This document shows, in pieces, positions 21,036 through 30,652 of a stretch of DNA of 64,000 bases. This DNA comes from an uncultured Gemmatimonadales bacterium. Its GTDB lineage: Bacteria; Gemmatimonadota; Gemmatimonadetes; Longimicrobiales; Gaopeijiaceae. The translations under genes and the position numbers were made by a program. A model generated the notes under the pieces. That model did no database searches. It saw only the letters and a program-made list of their open reading frames with translations, and was not told the origin of the DNA. How positions within the stretch are numbered: position 1 is the stretch's first letter; every line of letters starts with the position of its first letter. The DNA lies in the NCBI GenBank assembly GCA_963823035.1, contig CAWGKG010000019.1, positions 64,001-128,000 of the forward strand. The letters are read 5' to 3'.

Positions 21036-23019
21036 TCAGCCGCCCACGCGGGTCGGGACCGAACGGCTCGCGCGCGTGCCGTCGCCGAGCTGCCCGCTCT
21101 GGTTCAGACCCCAACAGTAGTCGAGTCCGTCGTCCGCGAAGCCGCAGGTGAGGGCTCCCCCGGCGAAGATCGAGCGGAACGCGTGGTTGCCCGCCACCGG
21201 CGAGGGTTGCGCGCGGTTCACCGTGGAGCCGTCTCCGAGTTGGCCGTGGATGTTCTGGCCCCAACAGTACGCGGTGCCGTCCGCCAGGAGGGCGCACGTG
21301 CTCACCGCCCCCGCCGCGAGGTGGGCCGGCGTTCCGGGGAGACCCTGTACCGGCGTCGGCACGGTGCGATCCTCGGTGGTGCCGTCGCCGAGCTGCCCGA
21401 AGCTGTTGTCTCCCCAGCAGAACACCTGGCCGGTGCGGATCCCGCAGGTGTGGGCGCTCCCGGCCACCAGCGACTCGAAGGTGCCCGAGACGCGCGTCGG
21501 CGTCAGCCGGTCCACGCGGCTGCCGTCCCCGAGCTGCCCGTGGTCGTTCAGCCCCCAGCAGAGCGTCTCGCCGCCCGCGCTCCGTCCGCAGGTATGGCTC
21601 CAGCCCGCCACCAGGCGTACGAACCGTTGTCCGGTGGAAGCGCGCCGCGGCGTCGTCCGGTCCTCACGGGTGCCGTCGCCGAGCTGGCCGTTGAGGTTCT
21701 TGCCCCAGCACATCGCCCGCCCGCCCGCCGCGAGCCCGCAGGTATGCGACGCACCCGCCACCACCGTCGAGAAGTGCAGGTCCGTCGACACGGCGGCCGG
21801 CCCCGCACGATCCGAGTGCGAGTCGTCTCCGAGCTGCCCGCTCTCGTTGGCTCCCCAGCACGAGACTTCACCGGCGGCGGTCACTCCGCACGCGTGTGCC
21901 AGGCCCGCCGTGAGCGCCGTGAATGCGGCGCCCGGGCGGGAGGCACGCTGGCCACGGTCGTTGGCGCCCCTGCAGCTGAGGTCTCCTCCGGGGATGGCGC
22001 ACACGAAGTTGCCGCCCACCGCGAAGGACTGCGGCACCACGTAGATGGGCTCGAGCGAGGGCGTCGCGTCGGGCGTATCCGCCGCCGCGCGGTTGGCGGC
22101 CGCCTCAGTCCCGCGTGCCGCGACGGGCGCTGCGGCCGCGACGTCGGCGCGTGCCGTGGCGGTGAAGGTCAGGATCTCGCTGTCCACGTCCGGAGCGAGC
22201 GCGGCCACGCGCTGCGGGCCCGCCGTGCTCCCCAGGCGCCATAGGGCCGCGGCCTCGCCGGCCGAATCGGTCCGGATCCGCGCGGGAGCGACGACGCCCT
22301 CGCCGGAGACGATGCTGAAGCGCACGTCGACGTTCGAGACGGGGTTGCCGTTCGCGTCCGTCACGCGCACGGAGAGGCGCTCAGGGAGGAGGTCCCCGGC
22401 CGGCGCTTCCTGGCGATTGCCGCCGACGATGCTCACGAGCCGGGGGGCGCCGGCCAGTGCGTCGACGGTGAAGGTCGTTCCCGGTAGCGGTGCGTCGATC
22501 AGGCTGGCCACCACCGAGACGCGGCCAGGCCGGGACGGAAGGGCGAGCGTCGTGCGCGCGAGCCCCGCGCCGTCGGTGCGCGCCGTGTCGACCTCCAGCT
22601 CGCCCGCGCCCGCCGAGACGACGAAGCGCACCACGGCGCCGGTCATCGGGAGACCATCCGGTCCGATCGCCCGCACGGTGAGCGATTGCGAGGAGCTGAT
22701 CGGCGCCGACAGGGCGGCGTCCGGAAGGGGCGTGAGTCCCTCGCGGAATCGCGGCGGATCCACGGCGCCCGGCCCGGCGACGGACGCCGGCTCGGGCGCT
22801 GGTTCAGCGGGGAGGTCGGCCGCGGACGTCCGCATCGCCCGATAGGCGACGATAGCGCCCGCCACGACGAGGAGGAAACGCGAGAAGACCCGGGTGGCGG
22901 CCGACCCATCCCAGCAGCCCCGGACGGCGACGGGCGACGTCGTCGAAGAGATGCAGCCGCGCGACGTGGTCGTGGGGCGTCTTCTGGCCGCGGGGCTCAC
23001 GCACGCCGTCGCGGGACAT
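21036..23019 (-). CDS. membrane-anchored Big_1 Ig-like plus RCC1-repeat beta-propeller protein; 5' end uncertain, probable frame break near 22880
   Basis: N-terminal transmembrane segment LLVVAGAIVAY; two Ig-like domains (VRVTDANGNPVSNVDVRF); about seven RCC1 repeats (AGxxHTCG...CWGxNxxGQLGDG). ATG 23019 overlaps the upstream TGA. Confidence 0.82.
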
Positions 23020-26000
23020 CAGCGTAGAGCGGCGCTTCCGGCCCCGAGGACGTCGGATCGGGCCTCGTTATCGCGGGTCGGCTGCGCGGTGGCGAGGGGC
23101 ATGAATTCCTTCATACCCCTAGCATACACCGATGGCGCCCAAATTGCTTCCCCGTGGGGCTTCGGGGGTTCCGCGCCTCCCGGTCGCCGGCGCGGTCCGA
23201 GGGCGGCCGCTGGACGGGCGGAGGGGGAGACGGTCGTGGTCACCGAGGCCTCGTCGTTGGTGGCGTTCGGATCCGTGCTCGCGCTGGTCACCGAGGCGGC
23301 GTTGGTGACGTCGCCCGTCACGTCCGCGCCGACCGTGGCCGTCACCTCGACGCTCGCCGCGCTTCCCGCCGCGAGCGAGGCGACGCTCCACGTGACCGTA
23401 CCGCCCGTGTTGGTGCCACCGCCGGTCGCGGAGACGAACACCAGGCCGGGGGGCAGGACATCGGTGATCGTGATGTCGTTGGCGTCGCTCGGGCCCGTGT
23501 TGGTCAGCTGGATCGTGTAGGTGACGTTGTCGCCGGCCGTCGCGGTCGCGGGGCCCGTCATGGTGACCGAGACGTCGGCCTCCCGCCGGGTCGTGATCGT
23601 CGCCGTCGAGCTGTTGTTGGTGAGGTCCAGGTCGCCGGTCACGCTCGTCACGGTCGCGGTGTTGGACACGCTGCCCGGGGCGCCCGGGTCGACCGTGACG
23701 GAGAGCACGCGGGTCAAGGTCCCGGACAGGCCGAGTGCGTCGGCCGTCCATGTCACGGTGCGGGTGGCGGGGTCGTACGTGCCGCCGCGGTCCGCGTCCA
23801 CGAAGGTCAGGGAGGACGGCAGGACGTCCGTGAGGGTGAGGGTGTCGGCCGGGATGGTCGAGCTGAGGTTCTTGACGACGATCGCGTAGTCGAAGCCGCG
23901 TCCGGCGACGATCGCCGTATCGGGGCCGGTCTTCGTCACCGCGAGGTCGGTCCTCGGCGTCACGGTGGTCCCGAAGCTGGCCGTGTTGTTGGCGAGGGTC
24001 GGGTCCGTGCTCGCGCTGCTCACGCTCGCGGTGTTGGTCACCGTGGTCCCGACGGCCCCGCCGCCCGCGACCGTGACCGTGACCGTGACGGCGGCGCTGG
24101 CTCCCGGCCCGAGAGAGGCGAGGCTCCAGGATACCTTGCTGCCACTCGGGGTGCCGCCGCCGGTCGCGGACACGAACGTCAACTCGGCCGGGAGCGGGTC
24201 CTCGATCACGATGCCGTTGGCACCGCTCGTGGGGCTGTTGTTCGTGACGGTGAGCGTATACGTGAAGGTCGATCCCTGAGGCGCGGTGGCCGGACCCGTC
24301 TTCGCGATGGAGAGGTCGGCGACCTGCGAAACGGTCGTGGATGCCGTTCCGCTGTCGTTCCCCGCGACCGGGTCGGCGCTGGTGGTGGTCACGGTGGCGG
24401 TGTTCGATAGGAGACCTCGCGTCTCCCCGCCGAGCGCCACCCTCAGGGTCACCTTCGCGCTGTCGCCCACGGCGATGGTGCCGAGGTTCCAGGTGACCGT
24501 ACCATCGGAGGCCGTGCCGCTTCCGGTGGCCGACACGAAGGTCACGCTGCTCGGCAGCGGGTCCTTGACCACCACGCCGGCGGCGCTTGCCGTCCCTCCG
24601 ACGTGCTTCACCGTGATGTCGTAGGTGATCTGGGCGCCGGATACTGCCGTGGCGGGCCCGGACTTCGTGAGAGCGAGATCCGCGGCCGGCACGATGGACG
24701 TGGTCAGCGAGGAGGTGTCGTTCCCCGGAACCGGGTCGGTGCTCGTGGAGGTTGCGGCCGCCGTGTTGACGATCGTGCCCGTCCCGTCGGGCGGGACGGT
24801 CGCCGTCACGCTCAGCGGAACGGTGCTGCCGACGGCGACGTCGCCGACCGTCCACGTGACCTTGCGGCTCGCGCCGTCGAAGGACCCGCCCGCGGTCGCG
24901 GACACGAACGTGAGGCCCGCCGGGAGGACGTCGGTCACGACCACGCCGCCCGCATCGCTGGGCCCGCCGACGTGGGCGACGGCGATGGAGTAGGTGATCG
25001 CCGATCCGGGCGGCGCGCTCGTCGGCCCGGTCTTGGTCACGGCCACGTCGGCGATACGCGACACCGTCGTACTGGCTCCCGACGTGTTGTTGCCCGTCAC
25101 GGCGTCCGTCGCCGTGGTGCTCACGACGGCTTTGTTGACGACCGCGCCCGAGGCGGTCCTGCCGATGTCGACCGTCAGCTCCATCGACCTCGACCCGCCG
25201 ACATCGATGTCGGGCAGATTCCACGTCACGGTTCGGCTGGAGGCGTCGTACGCACCGCCGCCGGTGGCGGACACGAAGGTCAGCTCGGCCGGGAGGACAT
25301 CCTCGACGGTCACGCCGGTGGCGCTGCTCGATCCACCGACGTGGTCCACCACGATGCCGTACGTGATGCGTTCACCCGCCGCGGCCGAAGCCGGCCCCGT
25401 CTTCGAGATCGCGAGATCGGCTTCCCTGATTACCTCCATCAGGTGCGTGGCCTGGTCGTTCGTGCCGTCGGGGTCCCGGGTCGTGGCGCTCACCCTGGCC
25501 ACGTTGGCAACCGTCTCCGAGGGGATGTCGCCGATCCTCACGGTCAGATCGACCGTCGTTCCCCCGCCCACGGGGATGTCGCCGAGGCTCCAGGACACGG
25601 TCCGGGTGGCGGTGGCGTACCTTCCTCCTCCCGTCGCGGACACGAAGGTCAGCGCCGGCGGAAGGACGTCGACCACCTGCACGTCCAACGCGTCCAGGGG
25701 CCCGCCGACGTGCTGCACGCCGATCCGGTAGGTGACATCCTCTCCCGTCCGCGCGGTCGCGGGGCCGGTCTTGGTGACCGCGAGATCGGCGGGCTTGGAG
25801 AGTACGGTGATCGACGCCGTCGTCCTGTGGTCACCGGGCGACGGATCCTTGGTGACGCTGGATACGCGCGCCACGTTGGTTTCGCTCCCCAGGCTGTCGG
25901 CCGAAACCCACAGCGTGTCCACGACGCTCGCGCCACCCGCGACGATGCCGCCCACCCACGTGATCGCGCCGCCATCGTGCACGCCACCATTCGATGCCCG

Positions 26001-28208
26001 CACGAAGCTCAGGCCCCGGGGGAGCGAGTCCACCAGCACCACGCTCACCGCGTCTCGCGGCCCGTGGTTGGACAGGGTGACCACGAACGGCACGGTGTCG
26101 CCCTCGGTCGCCAGGGGAGGTCCGACCTTCTCGACGGTCAGGTCCGCCAGCGGCTCGAGGTCGACCGCGAAGCTCACGTTCACGGACTGCGTGCCGTTGG
26201 CCGCCACGGGCGACGCCACCTGGACGGTGGCCTGGTAGCTCCCGGGCGTCAGGTCCGTGGGGTCGGCTCGCAGCGTGAGGACGGAGGGGGCCGTGGTCGA
26301 CGACAGCTCCGCCGTGAGCCATCCCCCGGCCCCGCTGTAGGAGACGGTCGCGGTGAGGCCGGTGAGATCGCGCCCGCCGGCGTTCGTGACCTGGATATCC
26401 TGCGGCGACGGAGGCTGGGAGCCTGCCACGCCGGCGAAGCCGACCGCGGTGGGCGACAGACGCAGGATGGGACGGTCCTCGGTGATCGAGAGCTCGAACT
26501 GGATCGGAACGTCCGCCGCTGCCAGCGGAGAGCCCACCGTGACGGTGGCGTGGTAGGTGCCGATCGCCAGCGCGCCGATCGACGCCGAGATCGTGAGCGT
26601 CGCCGGGGCCGCCGTCGACGACAGCGTTAGGCTCAGCCATCCGCTCGTCTCCCCCGCCGTGTAGGCGGTCGAGGCGGAGAGCCCGGTCAGCGTGCCGTTG
26701 CCTCCATTGTCGATCGAGACGTCCACGGGGTCCGGATCGGAGCCCTGGTGCAGGGCGAAGAGCGAGACGCTCTCCGGGTCGACGACGATCGTCGGGCCGG
26801 GTTGGATCGTGACTGTCGCCGCACCGGTCACGTCCTTCACGGTCGCGCGCACCTGCGCGGTGCCGGCCTGGAGCGCCATGGCCCGCCCGTCGGGGCCCAC
26901 CGTCGCGATGCTCTCGTTGCCGCTGCTCCACGTGACCAGGGAGCTGGGGATGACGGCGCCGTCCACGTCACGGACGTCGGCCGAGAATTGCCGGCTCTCC
27001 CCGACGAGGAGGGTGGCCGAGGCCGGGGACACCGTCACCGAGGCGATCGTGACGCCCGTGACGTCCGTGTTGGTGCACGCCTGACCCAGCCAGACCGCGA
27101 TCGCGGCCAGGAGCGGCGCGGCCCATGCGCGGACGGGGCCCCGAAGCCCGCTCCTCAAGGACGGCGAGCCCCGCCGGGGATCGGCCTCGGCCCCGTCCGG
27201 GCTCCGGGCGCCCCGGCCGGGAGTCGAGAACGGACCGATCTCGAACACCACCGTCAGCCTCTGCGGTGAGTTGGAGGCGACGTCGGAGATCACGTCGACG
27301 ACCGCGTGGTAGCGCCCGGCCGGGAGAAGGCCCGCCGACGCGCGCAGCGTCAGGACGGTCGGCGCCGTGGTGCTGGCGAGCACGGCGTCGAGCCACCCAC
27401 CGGCCTCGCCCTGGTAGTCCACCGAGGTGGACAGTCCCGTGAGGGTGCCGTTGCCGCCGTTCGTGATGGCGACCTCCTGGATCGCCGGTAGCTGCCCACC
27501 CACCACGCCGCTGAAGGACACGCCGTCCACGTCCAGGACGATGGCGGGCGGCGGTGGCTGCACGGTGAGGTCCACGGTGACCTTGGCGGAGGTCCCACCG
27601 GCCGCCGGCGAGGTGACCGTCACCGTCGCGCGGTAGGCGCCGGGGGAGAGGGTGGCGGCGGAGGCCGTGAGGGAGAGCACGGCGGGGGCGGTGGTGCCGC
27701 TCAGCCCCGCGGTGAGCCATCCTGCCGGGTCACCCGCACGATACTCGATGGTGGCCGAGAGCCCTGAGAGGACGCCGTTGCCGCCGTTCGTCACGTCCAC
27801 CGTGCGCGCGTCGGCGGCCAGGCCGGCGAACGCGGTGATGGACACGGCCGTGGCGGACAGCGCGACCTCGGGTCCCACCAGCACCGTGACCGAGGCGGAT
27901 CCCTCGATCCCCTCGACCATGGCGCGGACGGTCGTCTGGCCGGCGCCGACCGCCTCCACCGTGCCGCCCCCGTCCACCGTGGCGATCGAGGTCGCGTCGG
28001 AAGACCAGGTCGCGGCACGGCCGGACAACGGGTTGCCGCCCGGCCCGCGGGCGACCACATCCATCGTGCGGGTCTCGCCCTCGACGAGCGTGAAGGAGGA
28101 CGGGCTGATCACGACGGCCGCGACCTCGACGGGCACGACCGTCCGGGTCTCGCACCCGATGGACGCCAGCAGCACGAGGGCGACCCGCGCGGCCCGACGA
28201 GAAGCCAT
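23019..28208 (-). CDS. giant surface lipoprotein: Big_2 and BACON-like Ig domains plus 8 DUF11 repeats; probably two genes (28208 to about 27160, and 27158 to about 23200) read in one frame
   Basis: Start MASRRAARVALVLLASIGC (lipobox); second internal signal/lipobox PLLAAIAVWLGQAC-TNT at 27158-27075; eight (A/T)D(L/V)xxx(K/M)xGP...DxLP...N repeats. The last ~60 codons look non-coding. Confidence 0.8.
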   Translation of the reverse strand: MASRRAARVALVLLASIGCETRTVVPVEVAAVVISPSSFTLVEGETRTMDVVARGPGGNPLSGRAATWSSDATSIATVDGGGTVEAVGAGQTTVRAMVEGIEGSASVTVLVGPEVALSATAVSITAFAGLAADARTVDVTNGGNGVLSGLSATIEYRAGDPAGWLTAGLSGTTAPAVLSLTASAATLSPGAYRATVTVTSPAAGGTSAKVTVDLTVQPPPPAIVLDVDGVSFSGVVGGQLPAIQEVAITNGGNGTLTGLSTSVDYQGEAGGWLDAVLASTTAPTVLTLRASAGLLPAGRYHAVVDVISDVASNSPQRLTVVFEIGPFSTPGRGARSPDGAEADPRRGSPSLRSGLRGPVRAWAAPLLAAIAVWLGQACTNTDVTGVTIASVTVSPASATLLVGESRQFSADVRDVDGAVIPSSLVTWSSGNESIATVGPDGRAMALQAGTAQVRATVKDVTGAATVTIQPGPTIVVDPESVSLFALHQGSDPDPVDVSIDNGGNGTLTGLSASTAYTAGETSGWLSLTLSSTAAPATLTISASIGALAIGTYHATVTVGSPLAAADVPIQFELSITEDRPILRLSPTAVGFAGVAGSQPPSPQDIQVTNAGGRDLTGLTATVSYSGAGGWLTAELSSTTAPSVLTLRADPTDLTPGSYQATVQVASPVAANGTQSVNVSFAVDLEPLADLTVEKVGPPLATEGDTVPFVVTLSNHGPRDAVSVVLVDSLPRGLSFVRASNGGVHDGGAITWVGGIVAGGASVVDTLWVSADSLGSETNVARVSSVTKDPSPGDHRTTASITVLSKPADLAVTKTGPATARTGEDVTYRIGVQHVGGPLDALDVQVVDVLPPALTFVSATGGGRYATATRTVSWSLGDIPVGGGTTVDLTVRIGDIPSETVANVARVSATTRDPDGTNDQATHLMEVIREADLAISKTGPASAAAGERITYGIVVDHVGGSSSATGVTVEDVLPAELTFVSATGGGAYDASSRTVTWNLPDIDVGGSRSMELTVDIGRTASGAVVNKAVVSTTATDAVTGNNTSGASTTVSRIADVAVTKTGPTSAPPGSAITYSIAVAHVGGPSDAGGVVVTDVLPAGLTFVSATAGGSFDGASRKVTWTVGDVAVGSTVPLSVTATVPPDGTGTIVNTAAATSTSTDPVPGNDTSSLTTSIVPAADLALTKSGPATAVSGAQITYDITVKHVGGTASAAGVVVKDPLPSSVTFVSATGSGTASDGTVTWNLGTIAVGDSAKVTLRVALGGETRGLLSNTATVTTTSADPVAGNDSGTASTTVSQVADLSIAKTGPATAPQGSTFTYTLTVTNNSPTSGANGIVIEDPLPAELTFVSATGGGTPSGSKVSWSLASLGPGASAAVTVTVTVAGGGAVGTTVTNTASVSSASTDPTLANNTASFGTTVTPRTDLAVTKTGPDTAIVAGRGFDYAIVVKNLSSTIPADTLTLTDVLPSSLTFVDADRGGTYDPATRTVTWTADALGLSGTLTRVLSVTVDPGAPGSVSNTATVTSVTGDLDLTNNSSTATITTRREADVSVTMTGPATATAGDNVTYTIQLTNTGPSDANDITITDVLPPGLVFVSATGGGTNTGGTVTWSVASLAAGSAASVEVTATVGADVTGDVTNAASVTSASTDPNATNDEASVTTTVSPSARPAAALGPRRRPGGAEPPKPHGEAIWAPSVYARGMKEFMPLATAQPTRDNEARSDVLGAGSAALR
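23225..26147 (-). repeat. eight tandem ~120-aa DUF11-type coding repeats
   Basis: Repeat heads ADLTVEKVGP, ADLAVTKTGP, ADLAISKTGP, ADVAVTKTGP, ADLALTKSGP, ADLSIAKTGP, TDLAVTKTGP, ADVSVTMTGP. Confidence 0.85.
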
Positions 28209-28219
28209 GGATGGGCGCC

Positions 28220-29376
28220 TCAGAAGGTGAGCCGTACCAGCCGGAGGTCCAGCCGGCCCCGGGAGGGAGCGACGTCCAGCGCGCTCAGCTGAGCTCCGCC
28301 GAGCTCCATGGAGGTGACGCCCGAGTCGGAGCCGCGGCGATGTCGCAGCTTCACGAAGGCCTCGATGGCCCCGATCACGCCGATCGCCGCTGCGGTCCCG
28401 AGCCCCGCCACCAGGTAGGGGCGGTCCACCTCCTCCCGGAGCACCTGACCTTCCGGACAGGAGCCGTCGGGGCCTGGGTCCGAAAGACACTTGACCTGAA
28501 CGTCCGTCACGAAATATCCGGCCGCCGCCGCTCCTCCCACGAGAGAGAGCACGGTCAGCCCACCCAACGCGCGCCCGGAGTAGAACTGACCCATGCCGGG
28601 CACCAGCACGCCGAGCGTCAGCGCCACCCCCGGGCTCGGTGTCGAGACAGGGTCGTGCTCTGCAGCTCGCCGATCCGCTGCGATACCGCTATGGCGTCCG
28701 GGGCGCCGGGGCGTAGCTCCAGGTAGCGCCGGAGGTCCCGGACGGCGTCCGTGGTTCTCCCGAGGCGGGAAGCGACGATGGCCCGATCATAGACGGCTTC
28801 CGCCCAGGTGGGGGCCTGTTGCAGGACGGAGCCGAACGAGGTCAGCGCGCTCTGGAGGAAGCCGGCCTGGGCCCACTGGACCGCCTTCTCGAACTCGGCG
28901 ACGGCGCTCGGCGGATAGGGAGCCTCGTTCGATCCTGCCAGGGTCTCCAGGCGGGTCCGGGCGTCGTCCACGCCCTCCGCCTCGGGATTGACGGCAAGGA
29001 CCCTGCAGAACTCCGAGACGGCCGCCTCACGCTCCCCCATCTCCTCGAGGACGCGGGCGTGGCGGTACGCCAGCTCCGCGGAGGAGGGGTCCAGCTCGGT
29101 GGCCCGATCGAGGAGGGCGCGAGCCCGCTCCAGGTCCCCGAGGATCAGCGACTGCGCGGCCGTGGAGGCCAGCTGCCGGGCCTGCGCGGCCTCTTCCTCG
29201 TTGGGTGGATCGCCCAGGGGAACGGCGGGGCACGCATAAGGGCCCACGCCGGGGGCTTCCCGCTTGAGGGGAAGCTCCTGCGCTGCCAAAGGGGACGCAA
29301 TCCACCACAGCACCGGGAGCAGCAGCCAGTGGGGGGGGAGGCGAGAGCGCCCCTGGGTCGACTTCCAACGGGGCAT
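28220..29376 (-). CDS. exported TPR protein with C-terminal membrane-associated domain; frame break near 28640
   Basis: Signal peptide ending SPLAAQ; TPR helices (ALLDRATELDPSSAELAYRHA); continues into ALTLGVLVPGMGQFYSGR...LDLRLVRLTF. Confidence 0.75.
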
Positions 29377-29461
29377 GGGGGGCCTACCTACCGATGAAAC
29401 CGTCCCGCACAGTAGCCGGTTTTTCGATCCGGGCACGCGCGAGATCTGGACCAGGGCATGA

Positions 29462-29490
29462 AGCTTCTGGCGTCGGGGGCGTCCCGTCAA
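29462..29490 (-). promoter_or_regulatory. candidate sigma70 promoter for the minus-strand surface-protein cluster
   Basis: TTGACG-N17-GAAGCT, about 85 nt upstream of ATG 29376. Confidence 0.3.
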
Positions 29491-29524
29491 GCGATCCGTC
29501 CGGGGAGCACTGTGCCACGGGTCG

Positions 29525-30652
29525 TTACCGAGGGCTCGGCGGCGCTGAGGCCGGCGCCTCGATCTCCAGGCGACCGCCCGGCCGGCCGTCGTTCAGGAAG
29601 CGCAGCAATCGCTCTCCCTCCTCGCGCGCGTCCGCTTCCTCCGTGGGCGTCCAGTGGCGAAGGGACTCGACGGCGACCGACCGGGCTTTCCCGCGCGCGC
29701 TTCGTCCGCCACCATCCGGCGACGAAGCCGTCGAGGAGGACGGTTCCCGGGACCATGCCGTTGAGGGACGCCATCCCCGCCCGGAGGCGCTCGTCCATGA
29801 TGCGCGTCCGGTCGGCGTGCGCGAGCACGAGGTTGTCGAAGGGCGCGACGAAGCGCGCGGGTGCCGGTGTGTCGGGGTCGGGCAGCAGACCGTCGGGAAC
29901 GTCGAAGAGCTCGCGACCGGTCTCGGCACGGAAGGTGCGCAGTCGTGGCCGTAGGCGTTCGAGCACGTCGGCCAGGCCGGCAAGGCCGGACCACTGCCGG
30001 ACGTCGGCCACGCTCGCCGGTCCGAACGCGCGCAGGTAGCGCACGATCAGGTCGTCCGGGGCTCCGTCGCCGTCCGGCGGCACCCCCGGCCAGACGTCGA
30101 GCGGGAGATGGGCGGCCCTTCCACTGCGGCCCCATACGCCGCGCGGCGGGATCTGCACCAGGGGGATCCAGGCGCGGGCGGCGTTGGCGAGCGCCGAGGG
30201 GTTCCGGCCGGGCCATCGTTCGAGCGAGCACGCGGCCGAGCTCGCTCGACACCCTCGAGCGCGCGGCCATGAGCGTCCGTGCCTCCTCGACCACCTCCCT
30301 GCGGCGCACCCCTTCCAGCGCCTTCCCGTAGCTCGCGCGCAGCGACCCGTCCACCGCGGGCTGCACGGCGGGGCGGAGCCTCGCGGCGTCCTCACGGCTC
30401 ACCAGATGGAGGGTCGAGCGCATGAGGGCGATGCGCACGGCCCGGCCCTGCTCCACCAGGGCGCCGAGGTCGTGGGGGTCGAAGCCCTCGAGCCGGCTCC
30501 ACAGGCCGAAATAGGGCGGGTCCGGCGCCTGAGCCTGAAGGCCGACGAGCCGTTCGATCGCCTCCAGCGGCCCCATCGGGACCCGCTCGAGGAGCATCTG
30601 GCGGGCGAGGAGTCGCACGGTTGAGGGCGCGCCGCCCGAGGACCTCCGTCAT
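29525..30652 (-). CDS. AlkZ-like (HTH_42 winged-helix) DNA glycosylase, QxQ type; three frame breaks
   Basis: MTEVLGRRALNRA-LLARQMLL...GLQAQAPDPPYFGLWSRL...MRSTLHLV...RYLRAFGPAS...FDNLVLAHADR...LDGFVAGWW. ATGA overlap with the upstream amidohydrolase. Confidence 0.82.

Noticed and set aside
23019..23215. C-terminal ~60 aa of the DUF11 ORF as a sorting signal
   Set aside because: No hydrophobic anchor or known sorting motif. The DNA is more AT-rich and contains a TATGCT element, so it looks like intergenic read-through.
21036..26147. Repetitive DNA as a possible CRISPR array or diversity-generating retroelement
   Set aside because: The repeats are degenerate in-frame protein repeats (RCC1, DUF11); there are no identical repeat-spacer units, cas genes or reverse transcriptase.
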